64,000 nt of DNA from an uncultured Verrucomicrobiae bacterium (GCA_963801815.1 CAWDGJ010000002.1:192001-256000), one strand, 5' to 3'. Shown: positions 49,787 to 59,321, counted from the first letter of the stretch. The notes: generated by a model not told the origin, from the letters alone. A program made the numbers and translations.

Positions 49787-51505
49787 ATGGGTCTCAAGAA
49801 ATATAAAGCGAAGCGCGACTTTTCGAAAACCGCCGAACCGAGCGGCGGTAAACCACTCCCCAAGCAGGTGCGCGGCGCGTGCCGCTTCGTGATTCAAAAA
49901 CACGCGGCCCGTCGGTTGCACTACGATTTCCGGCTCCAGATGGAGGGTGTTTTGAAGTCCTGGGCGTTGCCGAAAGGACTTCCATGGCAGCAGGGCGAAA
50001 AGCATCTCGCGGTCGAGGTCGAAGATCATCCAATCGAATACGAAGGTTTCGAGGGGATAATTCCTGAGGGCCAGTACGGCGGGGGCACGGTGATGGTTTG
50101 GGACCGTGGCGCCTATTACGTCTACGGCGAGCAACCAGTGAAATCACTTCGCGACGGAAAACTTCATCTCGTTCTCGCCGGCGAAAAGGCGCAAGGCGAA
50201 TGGACGCTGGTTCGAATTCGCGGGCGGGACGGCGAAAAGAATACCTGGTTGATTATGAAAACGGGTGCGAGCACGAAGCAGCCGTCGAAGAAACTGGAAG
50301 ACCAATCGGTCAAAACTGGCCGCACCATGAAACAGATTGCCGAGCAACGCGACGCCGAATGGGAATCCAATCGGTCCGAGCCGGACGGGCTCAAAGACAC
50401 CAGTGCAAAATCCACCTTGAACACGCGAATCAAGGCCGCGCTTAAAAAAAAAGACCAAGAACAAGACGACGGTGAGACGGCGTCCGACGCGACAGCGTTG
50501 CTAAAAAAACTTCCTTCGGCGAAACCGCGTTTTGTCGAGCCGATGAAAGCGCGATTGCTCGACGACCCTCCCACTCATGATAATTGGCTTTACGAACTCA
50601 AATTCGACGGCATCCGCGCGATCGCGGTCAAAGATGGCGGCAAAGTTTCGTTAATCTCACGCAACGGTAATAAACTCGATGCGCGTTTTCCCGAGATTTG
50701 CGATGCCGTAAAAAACTTGCCCGTCGAAGACTGCGTGATCGATGGAGAAGTCGTCGCGTTGGATGACGAAGGGCGGTCGTCATTTCAACTCTTACAGGCG
50801 TTGGAAATGGAGGGGCGAAAAGCCCCGTTGCGGTTTTACGTTTTTGACCTTCTGCAGCTAAATGGCAAAAGTTTGCTCGAGCTGCCAGTCGAACAACGCA
50901 AACGAGTTCTCGCGCAACTCGGCGAGGGCGTTGGCGATCCAGTTCGCTATTCCAGCGAAATCGCAGGCGACGTGAACACCCTTCTCACGGAAGTAAAACG
51001 ACGGGGCTTGGAAGGATTGATTGGCAAGCAGCGTGGTTCGAAATACCAGCCCGGACGCCGAAGCGGCGCGTGGATAAAACTAAAGAGTCTCAACGAGCAG
51101 GAATTCGTTATCGGCGGCTACACGCCGCCGGCCGGGTCCCGAAAACATTTCGGTGCGATCCTGGTCGGCTATTACGACAATGGAAAAAAAGGAAGAGACA
51201 ATCGTCTCAAATTTGCCGGCAAGGTCGGCAGCGGTTTCACCGAAAAATCACTATCCACGTTGCACAGGAAATTTCGCGACGAACAGAGCGATGATTGTCC
51301 GTTTGTCGATCTGCCGTCGAAAGAAGGTGGGGCATGGGTCCAAGGCATCACGCCATCGATGATGCAAAAGATGCACTGGGTGAATCCGAAATTCGTCGCC
51401 CAAATCAAATTCGCCGAGTGGACGAGGGACGGCAAGCTACGGCAGCCAGTGTTTCTTGGCCTGCGTGATGACAAGGATGCTCGCAGCGTCCGCAAAGAAG
51501 GCTAG
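49787..51505 (+). CDS. ligD: NHEJ DNA ligase D (phosphoesterase plus ligase domains, no polymerase domain)
   Basis: FVIQKHAARRLHYDFRL, adenylation motif ELKFDGIR, DGEVV, EGLIGK, WIKLK, LRQPVFLGLR. Confidence 0.93.
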   Translation: MGLKKYKAKRDFSKTAEPSGGKPLPKQVRGACRFVIQKHAARRLHYDFRLQMEGVLKSWALPKGLPWQQGEKHLAVEVEDHPIEYEGFEGIIPEGQYGGGTVMVWDRGAYYVYGEQPVKSLRDGKLHLVLAGEKAQGEWTLVRIRGRDGEKNTWLIMKTGASTKQPSKKLEDQSVKTGRTMKQIAEQRDAEWESNRSEPDGLKDTSAKSTLNTRIKAALKKKDQEQDDGETASDATALLKKLPSAKPRFVEPMKARLLDDPPTHDNWLYELKFDGIRAIAVKDGGKVSLISRNGNKLDARFPEICDAVKNLPVEDCVIDGEVVALDDEGRSSFQLLQALEMEGRKAPLRFYVFDLLQLNGKSLLELPVEQRKRVLAQLGEGVGDPVRYSSEIAGDVNTLLTEVKRRGLEGLIGKQRGSKYQPGRRSGAWIKLKSLNEQEFVIGGYTPPAGSRKHFGAILVGYYDNGKKGRDNRLKFAGKVGSGFTEKSLSTLHRKFRDEQSDDCPFVDLPSKEGGAWVQGITPSMMQKMHWVNPKFVAQIKFAEWTRDGKLRQPVFLGLRDDKDARSVRKEG

Positions 51506-51627
51506 TGGCCGGCCTGAGTCCGCGAGGGTCACCGAATCAATGGACACGCGACGGGAAATTACGCCAACCCGTGTTTCTCGGCCTTCGCGAGGATAAGAAC
51601 GCCCGGGAAGTCGTTAGGGAAAAGTAA
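51505..51627 (+). pseudogene. Diverged duplicate of the ligD 3' end (remnant of a second ligase)
   Basis: 51541-51627 encodes WTRDGKLRQPVFLGLREDKNAREVVREK*, compared with ligD WTRDGKLRQPVFLGLRDDKDARSVRKEG*, with many synonymous differences. Confidence 0.75.
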
Positions 51628-51767
51628 ATCGCGCGACCCAAGCCCGAAGCCTAACAGATCGGAACACTTCGTGCTCAGGGAGTTGGCCGTGGAAGTTATT
51701 GACAATTGTTCACAATTAGCGGAAATGGCACTCCCACGCCTGGTCTAACGAGAAAAGGAGATCGATT

Positions 51768-52625
51768 ATGCGTCCAACCTGGAAAGGCAGCATCAGCTTC
51801 GGCCTGGTCTATATCCCGATCGCGGTCTATCCGGCCACCCGCGAAGAAAAGCTCAGCTTTAGGCAATTACGCAAGACCGACCTGAGCCCTATCAAATACA
51901 AAAAGGTGGCCGAGGCGGACATGAAAGAAGTTCCCGCTGACCAAATCGTCAAAGGTTACGAATATGAAAAGGGCCGCTACATCATCCTAAGCGATGAGGA
52001 TTTCGAAAAAGTGAGGATCGAATCCACTCACTCGATCGACATCACCGATTTTGTGGACCTGGAACACGTAGATCCAAAGTTTTTCTATAAGCCGTACTTC
52101 CTCGAGCCACAGAAGGGCGGCGAAAAAGCCTATGCACTCTTGCACAAAGCGCTCAGCGGCACGGGCAAGATCGGGATCGCCAAAGTCGTGATCGCAAACC
52201 GCGAATATCTGGCGGCGGTGAAGCCGGATGGATTGTTCTTGGTTCTCGAGCTCATGCATTTCGCAAGTGAAGTGCTGAAACCAGAAGAGTTGAATCGCCC
52301 CAAAACGGACTTGAACGACAAAGAGCTCAAGATGGCGAACGCCCTAATTGAGAGCATGTCGTCCGACTGGAAGCCCGAAAAATATCGAGACGAATATCGC
52401 GATGCAGTCATGGAAATGATCGAAACGAAGGCGAAGAACAAGCAACTTCCGCCCGCACCATCGGCAGCTCCGCGCAGCACGAATGTCGTAGACCTGGTAA
52501 AGGTACTGCAGGAAAGCATCAACCGGTCGCAATCCGTTCGAGTAAAACGCAGCGGCAATGGCGCCAGCGGCCGGCGAAGATCGGCATCCGCTTTGGTAAA
52601 ACAGAAACGTCGCGCGGCCGCGTAA
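51768..52625 (+). CDS. ku: Ku (NHEJ DNA end-binding protein)
   Basis: WKGSISFGLV, IVKGYEY, KPYFLEP, YRDEYR, NVVDL, basic tail; SD AAGGAG. Confidence 0.96.
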   Translation: MRPTWKGSISFGLVYIPIAVYPATREEKLSFRQLRKTDLSPIKYKKVAEADMKEVPADQIVKGYEYEKGRYIILSDEDFEKVRIESTHSIDITDFVDLEHVDPKFFYKPYFLEPQKGGEKAYALLHKALSGTGKIGIAKVVIANREYLAAVKPDGLFLVLELMHFASEVLKPEELNRPKTDLNDKELKMANALIESMSSDWKPEKYRDEYRDAVMEMIETKAKNKQLPPAPSAAPRSTNVVDLVKVLQESINRSQSVRVKRSGNGASGRRRSASALVKQKRRAAA

Positions 52626-52690
52626 TTGTAGCGACCCTCTGGCGACTTCTCAGGGCCAAAGGCGCATCTTCAAGCAGATCGCCGCTACAA
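52626..52690. repeat. Degenerate GTAG...CTAC REP-like pair
   Basis: TTGTAGCG (52626-52633) and CGCTACAA (52683-52690) as inverted ends right after the ku stop. Confidence 0.5.
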
Positions 52691-52701
52691 TTTCAAACTC
52701 G

Positions 52702-52822
52702 AAATCCGAATTTCGAAATCCGAAACAATTTCGGAAAATCGAATATTTGAATTGCTGTTGTTCCCGTTTTGACATTCGACATTCGTGCTTGTTTCGAGCT
52801 TCGGTATTCGACATTCGAATTT
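52702..52822. repeat. Heptamer-periodic inverted-repeat element, copy A
   Basis: AAATCCGAATTTCGAAATCCGAAACAAT ... TTGTTTCGAGCTTCGGTATTCGACATTCGAATTT. Confidence 0.75.
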
Positions 52823-52848
52823 GAGAGTGCTTTCCCGGTATCCGGAAC

Positions 52849-53805
52849 TTAATCTGGCTGTTCAACCATTGCCTGCACACGTTGCACCATGGCCACGGCC
52901 GCCATCAGCACGAGTCCGGCGACAATTTGATGCGGGCGCAAACCCGCATGGAAGAACCCCCAGGTGATACCGACGGCGGCGAGTGTCTGCATCATTTCAA
53001 AATAACCGGCGGTGGATGCACGGGTGAGACGCAGACCTTCGAAATAAATCAGAAGCGGAATACCGCCGGAAATTGAAGCCAGCAGGAACAACAATCCAGC
53101 CGCTTGGAAAGCATGAGTCTGCGCAGCCGCGGGCCAAAGCGCAGCGCCCCGCAGTTTGCCATAACCGATCAATATCAGCGTCATACACGCCAAGCCCACG
53201 ACGATTCGCATTGCGGCTGCGAGCCGCAGGGGCATTTGCATCATGACGCCGCGCCCAGCGACTGTAGAACCACCCCAAAATAAAGCACAGATGAGCGCGT
53301 AGCCTGTTCCAATGGTAAGACCCGCACTCTTAAATGAAATTCCGATCAGTGCGGGATATTCGACCGACAGGAAAATACCGGCAATGATCGCAATCGCTGC
53401 GTATGGAAAAAATCGCCGCGCAAGCCGATCTCCAAAAAGCAGAAAGCCGCCCAAGGTGGAGATGATTGGTTGAATATTTAAGACGACGTTTACGACAGTC
53501 GGGTTTCCGTGCTTGAGCGCGAGTGTAAAGAAAATGGTTCCAACCGCGGAACCGGCGAACCCCGAAAATAGCAAGTAGCCCCATGTCTTACTGTCGATTT
53601 GGCGAAGCTCGCCCAGGTTCGGAAGAAGCAGCGGCAGAAACATGATCAAAATGAGAACGTGCTCCCAGAAGACAATAACTTCGGCATCGAATAACTGATT
53701 GAGCGGGATGCGCCATGCGCTTTCGGTGCCCCACAACGCCGCGCCTAAAGCTACCAGCCATGGCCCGTAAGCTGGAGAGCGAGCCGGCGCGGTTTCGGAT
53801 CTCAT
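52849..53805 (-). CDS. DMT/EamA family transporter
   Basis: About ten TM helices in two repeats; QPI..FGDRL and YFEGL motifs. Confidence 0.88.
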   Translation of the reverse strand: MRSETAPARSPAYGPWLVALGAALWGTESAWRIPLNQLFDAEVIVFWEHVLILIMFLPLLLPNLGELRQIDSKTWGYLLFSGFAGSAVGTIFFTLALKHGNPTVVNVVLNIQPIISTLGGFLLFGDRLARRFFPYAAIAIIAGIFLSVEYPALIGISFKSAGLTIGTGYALICALFWGGSTVAGRGVMMQMPLRLAAAMRIVVGLACMTLILIGYGKLRGAALWPAAAQTHAFQAAGLLFLLASISGGIPLLIYFEGLRLTRASTAGYFEMMQTLAAVGITWGFFHAGLRPHQIVAGLVLMAAVAMVQRVQAMVEQPD

Positions 53806-53815
53806 CGCAGTCGGG

Positions 53816-54745
53816 TCATCCGCGATCCGGAACGGCAACCGCAGCCTCCACTGATTCCCGACGTTTCATTGGCCTAAAAATCAACCACACGCCAGCGAGC
53901 ACCAGCCCTGCGCCGAGAAGCGACCAAAGCGGAAATCTTTCGCCTCCCAACGCCCAACCCAGCATCACCGCACCCGGTGGGGTAATGAGGGAGATGGTTT
54001 GTAGATTCGTCACGGTCATTCGCCGCAATAACCAGTAGAGCAACAAAAAAGTCAGTGATGACCCAATCACCGCAAGGTAGAGGAGACAGAAGATCGACAT
54101 CGACGTCCAATGAAAGTGGGTTGGACTTCCGTCGATGGTGAATCCCAAAATAACCAAGGGGATAACACCAAAAATCATCTGCCAGGCCGCCAGCATTGCC
54201 GGAGCGAGATCAATCGCACGGCGTTTGATTAGCACGTTGGAGAACGCCGCTGTCCCGCCGCCAAGAGCGATACCAATTCCGCCCCAGAACGCCAGTAGTC
54301 CACTGAAACTCAGCAAACGCGTGCAAATCAACATTACTCCGCCAAGAGCGACAAACGCGCCCAGAAGTTTCTGTAGACGCAAGGGTTCGTCAGGCAAAAG
54401 CCAGTGGGCGAAGATCATTCCAAAGATTGGGATCGTCGCCTGCAAAACCGCTGCCAATCCTGAAGAGACATGAAGTTCGCCCCAAAACAGAAGTGTGTAG
54501 TTGAGGCCAAACATCAGGAGGCCGGTGAACGCCAGAAGGGCGTAATCGGAACGGCGTGAAGGAAGCAAACGGACCCGCCCAATCGAAAGCAAAACAAGAA
54601 TGGCGGCGGCGATTACGAATCGAATGGCGACAAAAGATATCGGCGGCAAGTCGCGGAGACCAACCTTGATCGCCAGCCAGGTGGAACTCCAGACGATGCA
54701 GAGCGTGAGCCACGCTGCTGGAATTTTCCAATCAAGCCGTTGCAT
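53816..54745 (-). CDS. DMT/EamA family transporter
   Basis: VWSSTWLAIK, PP..RF, SSGLAAVL, YLAVIGS. Confidence 0.9.
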   Translation of the reverse strand: MQRLDWKIPAAWLTLCIVWSSTWLAIKVGLRDLPPISFVAIRFVIAAAILVLLSIGRVRLLPSRRSDYALLAFTGLLMFGLNYTLLFWGELHVSSGLAAVLQATIPIFGMIFAHWLLPDEPLRLQKLLGAFVALGGVMLICTRLLSFSGLLAFWGGIGIALGGGTAAFSNVLIKRRAIDLAPAMLAAWQMIFGVIPLVILGFTIDGSPTHFHWTSMSIFCLLYLAVIGSSLTFLLLYWLLRRMTVTNLQTISLITPPGAVMLGWALGGERFPLWSLLGAGLVLAGVWLIFRPMKRRESVEAAVAVPDRG

Positions 54746-54983
54746 CGACGATACTCGCGCGAATCGCTCGCGTCGTAAAGCCACAGCGTCGCGCTCGGTT
54801 TTCACCAAAACCGCGTCGCCGGCTTCCCTAGACCAACTCGCGAAAAGCTCGCGACCTTACGCTCCCGCTAGTTCGGCAAGAGTGTTCCCAAGATATGGAT
54901 TGCCGCAGAGCGGCGGCCTTCCGCCGCAAAGTTCGCTCCTGCGAACCGCTTGTTGCGGCGCAAATCCGCGTTAGCGTGTCTGC

Positions 54984-55292
54984 GTGAGATTCAACGTGAT
55001 CGTAAAACCCAAGGAAGCAGTCCTCGATCCTCAAGGAAACGCGGTCCGGGATGCAATGCGTCATCTTGGCATGCCGGAAGTCCAAAGCGTTCGAATCGGA
55101 AAATACATGGAAATCAACCTCGACGGCAAAGATGCCGGCCTTGAAAAACGTCTGCGAGGACTTTGCCGCGATTTGCTTTCAAATCCGGTAATTGAAGATT
55201 ACGAACTGCAGAAATCAGCCGCCTCCACCAAGGTTTCGGCGGCCAAGGAGGTCAGCGGTCAGAAGTCAGCGGTTAGAAAGAAAAAGAAATGA
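54984..55292 (+). CDS. purS: FGAM synthase subunit PurS with a basic C-terminal extension
   Basis: VLDPQG, VRIGKY, LLSNPVIEDY. Confidence 0.93.
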   Translation: MRFNVIVKPKEAVLDPQGNAVRDAMRHLGMPEVQSVRIGKYMEINLDGKDAGLEKRLRGLCRDLLSNPVIEDYELQKSAASTKVSAAKEVSGQKSAVRKKKK

Positions 55293-55477
55293 AAGCGTTG
55301 CGATATTTTTTCTGTGTCGTGCTGCCACCGTTGGCAGTTTTGATGACGGGGCGAATCGCCAGTTTTTTTCTGAGCATTCTCTTGACCTTACTGGGCTGGA
55401 TCCCGGGAGTGATTCACGCCGCCCTGGTCGTGAACGATTATCACGAAGAGCAGCGTGCCCGCCAAGTCGCCCATTAG
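55289..55477 (+). CDS. YqaE/Pmp3 family small membrane protein
   Basis: VLPPLAV..ILLTLLGWIPGVIHA; ATGA overlap with purS. Confidence 0.9.
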   Translation: MKALRYFFCVVLPPLAVLMTGRIASFFLSILLTLLGWIPGVIHAALVVNDYHEEQRARQVAH

Positions 55478-55483
55478 CTCGAG

Positions 55484-56194
55484 ATGAAGTTCGCCGTTAT
55501 TCAATTTCCCGGTTCGAACTGCGACCAGGATTGCGTCGCCGGAATTAACAGCATCGAAGGCTTGCAAGCCGATTACGTCTGGCACAAGAAAACATCCCTG
55601 CGCGATTACGATGCCATCGTCCTGCCTGGCGGCTTTGCCTACGGCGATTATCTGCGCTGCGGCGCAATCGCGCGGTTCTCGCCGATAATGAAAGCAGTGG
55701 TCAGTGACGCGCGGGCCGGAAAGCTTGTTCTCGGCACATGCAACGGATTTCAAGTTTTATGCGAAGCGGGCCTACTTCCCGGCGCGCTGGTGCGGAATCG
55801 TTCACTACGCTTCATTTGCGAATTAGTAACGTTACGCGTGGAAGTTCCTGATTCGGCATTCACGCATGGTTGTGCAGAGGGAACACTTCTTCGAATGCCC
55901 ATCGCACACGGAGAGGGATGTTATTTCGCGGATGAACGGACATTGAGTGAGCTCAATCACGAACGGCGAATCGTTATGCGTTACGCGAATGATGACGGTG
56001 AAATTGTCCCGGAGGCGAACCCGAATGGATCCATCGAGAATATCGCCGGGATTTGTAACCGCGAAGGTAATGTTTTTGGCCTGATGCCGCATCCGGATCG
56101 AGCGTGCGACGACCGTCTTGGTAGCGCCGACGGGGCGAAGATTTTCCGATCGATGATGGCGACAATTGAAGCCACGCACATTCGCGCGGCATAA
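55484..56194 (+). CDS. purQ: FGAM synthase glutaminase subunit PurQ
   Basis: [40 protein letters not shown]. Confidence 0.97.
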   Translation: MKFAVIQFPGSNCDQDCVAGINSIEGLQADYVWHKKTSLRDYDAIVLPGGFAYGDYLRCGAIARFSPIMKAVVSDARAGKLVLGTCNGFQVLCEAGLLPGALVRNRSLRFICELVTLRVEVPDSAFTHGCAEGTLLRMPIAHGEGCYFADERTLSELNHERRIVMRYANDDGEIVPEANPNGSIENIAGICNREGNVFGLMPHPDRACDDRLGSADGAKIFRSMMATIEATHIRAA

Positions 56195-56260
56195 CCCAAG
56201 CCGGCCCCGCCGATACCAAAAAGGCTGCCTTAAATTCCTCAGAAGGCTTCCCTTTGCCGC

Positions 56261-56301
56261 TGTCAGTGTAATTAACACATGTGTCAATAAAATTGACACA
56301 T
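56261..56301. promoter_or_regulatory. Tandem palindromic activator sites (putative bEBP UAS)
   Basis: Perfect ATGTGTCAAT-AAA-ATTGACACAT (56279-56301) and weaker TGTCAGT-GTA-ATTAACA (56261-56277), 21 bp apart. Confidence 0.7.
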
Positions 56302-56340
56302 ATTTGACCCCCTAGCCGGCTTTACCCAGGCAAAATAGGC

Positions 56341-56356
56341 TGGCACCTGCGTTGCT
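56341..56356 (+). promoter_or_regulatory. Sigma54 (-24/-12) promoter
   Basis: TGGCAC-CTGCG-TTGCT matches TGGCAC-N5-TTGCW, 30 nt before the ATG at 56387. Confidence 0.85.
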
Positions 56357-56386
56357 AAAGCTCCCTGGCAACAACCTTCCTTCTAT

Positions 56387-56863
56387 ATGCTTCTGGAAAA
56401 AACGTTTCATATGAGTCAACCGTTGGCCGAATCGAAGGCCCGGCTTACCAGCATTCAATCTTATAAGCGTCAGCTCCTCATGATCACAAAGGCGACCGTG
56501 ACTTCGTCCAAGACCGTGGAATTCAGTTTCCGCGGGCCGCTCGGCTTCGAAGCGCGAACCGTCTTCCTCGCAGTCGACAGCGATTCGTTCGACCAGTTCG
56601 CGTTCGAATCAGTTGGCGGCAACATCGACGTGATCGGGCTTATCGATTTCACCGAGATCCGGGCAAACTGCACTGAGATCACTCTCGCGATTCACTATCA
56701 AATCAAGAACCGCCTGTTCGCCTGGCTCGATCGGCAGTTTGGTTTTGTCGACACGTTCTTAAACGCAGAGTTGCGCAGTATTCGGGCGCACTTTGAAGGA
56801 ATCGCGACACCCTACGTGGAGCGCATCCCAATCATGCCGTCGTTTGAAACCGCGGCGGCGTAG
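56387..56863 (+). CDS. Hypothetical protein, possibly SRPBCC/CoxG fold
   Basis: 158 aa with alternating beta strands and a C-terminal helix; fold is inferred. Confidence 0.6.
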   Translation: MLLEKTFHMSQPLAESKARLTSIQSYKRQLLMITKATVTSSKTVEFSFRGPLGFEARTVFLAVDSDSFDQFAFESVGGNIDVIGLIDFTEIRANCTEITLAIHYQIKNRLFAWLDRQFGFVDTFLNAELRSIRAHFEGIATPYVERIPIMPSFETAAA

Positions 56864-56911
56864 GCTTCAGCCACTTATTGAAGACGCACGGAGTTGGAAC
56901 TTAGTGCGTTT

Positions 56912-58078
56912 TTATTTGATTCGAACGGCGTGCGTCTTATCGAGACGCAAAACCTGACCAGGCTTCAACGCGACCTTCGCTTTTGGATCAACAATTTTCT
57001 CGCCGTCAACTTGAACACTGCCTTGCTTGATCAATCGGCTCGCTTCAGCGCGTGATTTTTTCACTTTAAACGCCTGTAAATAGACATCGACGACGACCAC
57101 CACCGCATCGTCAGCCATGGCGCTGACCGCTGGCAGTTCCGCTTCGTCCAATCGCTTCTTACTGAATCGCGCATTCCATTCATCGAGCGCCTTCTGCGCC
57201 GCTTCGCGCAGGTGATAGGTCTGCACGATTTCAAACGCGAGCTGCTTCTTCGATTCGAACGGATCAGCATTTTTCTTCAACTCTCGGCCAAGCAATAGCT
57301 CGTAATAGCGCGCCATCAGCGCATCCGAAATGCTCATTAGTTTACCGAACATATCGCCGGGAGGCTCGCTCACGCCGACGTAGTTGCCCAAACTCTTGCT
57401 CATCTTCTTGATGCCATCTAGTCCTTCGAGGAGCGGCATCGTCATCACGACTTGCTGGGGTTGGCCTTCTTCCTTTTGGAAGTCCCGTCCGACCAAAATG
57501 TTGAACAGCTGGTCGGTACCACCCAACTCAACGTCTGCTTTCACCATAACGGAATCCCAGCCCTGCATGATCGGATATTGAATTTCGTGAGCGTGAATGG
57601 GTTGTTGATTCTCTATCCGGGCTCGGAAATCCTCGCGTTGCAGCATTTGTTGCAGGGTGACGCGACTATTCAGCCGAATCACGTCTTCGTACGACATCGC
57701 TCGAAACCAATCGCCGTTGCACACAGTTTCAGTCTGCGCGGGATTTAAAATCTTGAAAGCCTGCACCCGATACGTTTCCGCGTTAGCCATCACTTCCTTG
57801 TGCGTCAAATGAGGCCGGGTAACAGATCGCCCACTCGGATCGCCAATCATCCCGGTGAAGTCCCCGATGATCAAAACGGCATGGTGACCGAGATCCTGAA
57901 ACTGGCGAAGCTTACGCAGGACGACAGCGTGGCCAAGATGGATATCGGCTGTCGTGGGATCGACGCCGAGCTTCACTCGCAACGGCCGGCCAAGCGCGAG
58001 TTTTTCTCTCAACTCGGCTTCACTAATAATTTGGGCGGCTCCTTTTTTTAACGAAGCCAACGCCTCATCGGCTTGCAT
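56912..58078 (-). CDS. tyrS: Tyrosyl-tRNA synthetase
   Basis: GVDPT..HLGH, GDPSG, YPIMQGWD, GGTDQ, KMSKS, C-terminal S4 domain. Confidence 0.97.
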   Translation of the reverse strand: MQADEALASLKKGAAQIISEAELREKLALGRPLRVKLGVDPTTADIHLGHAVVLRKLRQFQDLGHHAVLIIGDFTGMIGDPSGRSVTRPHLTHKEVMANAETYRVQAFKILNPAQTETVCNGDWFRAMSYEDVIRLNSRVTLQQMLQREDFRARIENQQPIHAHEIQYPIMQGWDSVMVKADVELGGTDQLFNILVGRDFQKEEGQPQQVVMTMPLLEGLDGIKKMSKSLGNYVGVSEPPGDMFGKLMSISDALMARYYELLLGRELKKNADPFESKKQLAFEIVQTYHLREAAQKALDEWNARFSKKRLDEAELPAVSAMADDAVVVVVDVYLQAFKVKKSRAEASRLIKQGSVQVDGEKIVDPKAKVALKPGQVLRLDKTHAVRIK

Positions 58079-58149
58079 CTCCGCGATTGTAATGGCCGCC
58101 GTGGCCGTCGGCAAAGAATTCCGACAAGCTCGAAGCGGTTGGCGGGTCG

Positions 58150-58658
58150 TTACTTATTCTTGTTCAGCAGCTGGCGAACTTGATCGATGGTTAGAGGCGG
58201 ATTTTGGCGATCAAGCGATTTCTGGTTCTTGCCCTGCTCGCGAAACTCACGCTGACCAGCGAAGTCTTGAGTGGCAACTTTCGATTGGGCATCGCGCGTC
58301 TGACGAACGCCGGGGGCGGCCGGCGTTGCCAATTGACTCGGCACGTTGACGGCGCGGCCCTGAAGCCAGCCACTATTCCGCGAGTCGCTTTGGAACGAGC
58401 GGGGATGATATTCCTGGACGGCGATGGTGTGCGTATCCCGAATGATTTCTCTTTTCGTGATGGCTCGACGACAAACTTGCGGGCAGCGCCCGGTCGCGCG
58501 ATAGCGTAGGAATCCACAGCAAACGCCTTTCCTTGCGCACTATTTTGCAAGTCCATGTTCGGCCGCAGAAGACGGTCGATCAGGCTTTGTTGCTGAGTTT
58601 GGGCCCAGCCTGCCGCCGGGTAGCAACAAATGAGAAGGAGGATTGGGGAACAGCGCAC
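58150..58658 (-). CDS. Secreted hypothetical protein, probably one gene with an internal frameshift (about 58340-58430)
   Basis: Signal peptide and QSLIDRLLRPNM in ORF 58191-58658; a protein-like C-terminus GKNQKSLDRQNPPLTIDQVRQLLNKNK in ORF 58150-58344. Confidence 0.5.
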
Positions 58659-58753
58659 GAGTTCGAGGCTAGCGCAACGTGCAACGCGTTTGCAAAGGAA
58701 ATTACCATGTTACGTTGCCAACATCGTGCACTTGCGAAATTCTTCTGGCGAGA

Positions 58754-59236
58754 ATGCAACCTGACGAAACTTTTATGCGGGAGGCGTTACGGCTCGCCGA
58801 AAAAGCCCGTGCCGCCGAAGAAGTTCCTGTTGGCGCGGTCGTCGTCAGAGACGGCAAAATAATTTCGCGCGCCTACAATCAGGTCGAACTACTCAAGGAC
58901 GCAACTGCGCACGCCGAAATGCTGGCGTTAACCGCCGCAGAAGCAGCCGTGGGCGACTGGAGACTAACCGATTGCGATCTTTACGTGACCAAAGAGCCAT
59001 GCCCCATGTGCGCGGGCGCGATCATACATACGCGGATTCGCCGGGTCGCCTTTGGTTGCCCAGACGTCCGCGCCGGCGCGGCTGGAACGGTAATGAATTT
59101 GCTGGATCACAACTCACTCAACCACCGTTGCGAAATCACAAAAGGTGTTTTGCAAAACGAGTGTGCCTCGATTCTGCAGGACTTCTTTCGCGAAAAACGC
59201 GGGAAACGAGACGCTAGTCGGACCTCTGATCTCTGA
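58754..59236 (+). CDS. tadA: tRNA adenosine(34) deaminase
   Basis: EVPVGAVVV, DATAHAE, EPCPMCAGA, LNH, FF. Confidence 0.95.
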   Translation: MQPDETFMREALRLAEKARAAEEVPVGAVVVRDGKIISRAYNQVELLKDATAHAEMLALTAAEAAVGDWRLTDCDLYVTKEPCPMCAGAIIHTRIRRVAFGCPDVRAGAAGTVMNLLDHNSLNHRCEITKGVLQNECASILQDFFREKRGKRDASRTSDL

Positions 59237-59247
59237 TTTCTGGGAAC

Positions 59248-59321
59248 TGGCTGCCTCGCTAGGACTCGAACCTAGACAAAGAGATCCAGAGTCTCTTGTG
59301 CTACCATTACACCACGAGGCA
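59248..59321 (-). tRNA. tRNA-Gln(CTG), CCA encoded
   Basis: Acceptor stem TGCCTCG/CGAGGCA, anticodon arm AGAGA-CTCTGGA-TCTCT, GGTTCGAGTCC, 3' GCCA. Confidence 0.97.

Noticed and set aside
51685..51720. DnaA-box-like 9-mers (TTATTGACA, TTGTTCACA) upstream of ku as an origin
   Set aside because: Each has two mismatches to TTATCCACA, there is no AT-rich unwinding region or dnaA nearby, and TTGACA is more simply a -35 box.
52702..52822. CRISPR array in the TTCG heptamer repeats
   Set aside because: Period is 7 nt with inverted arms, there are no unique spacers and no cas genes.
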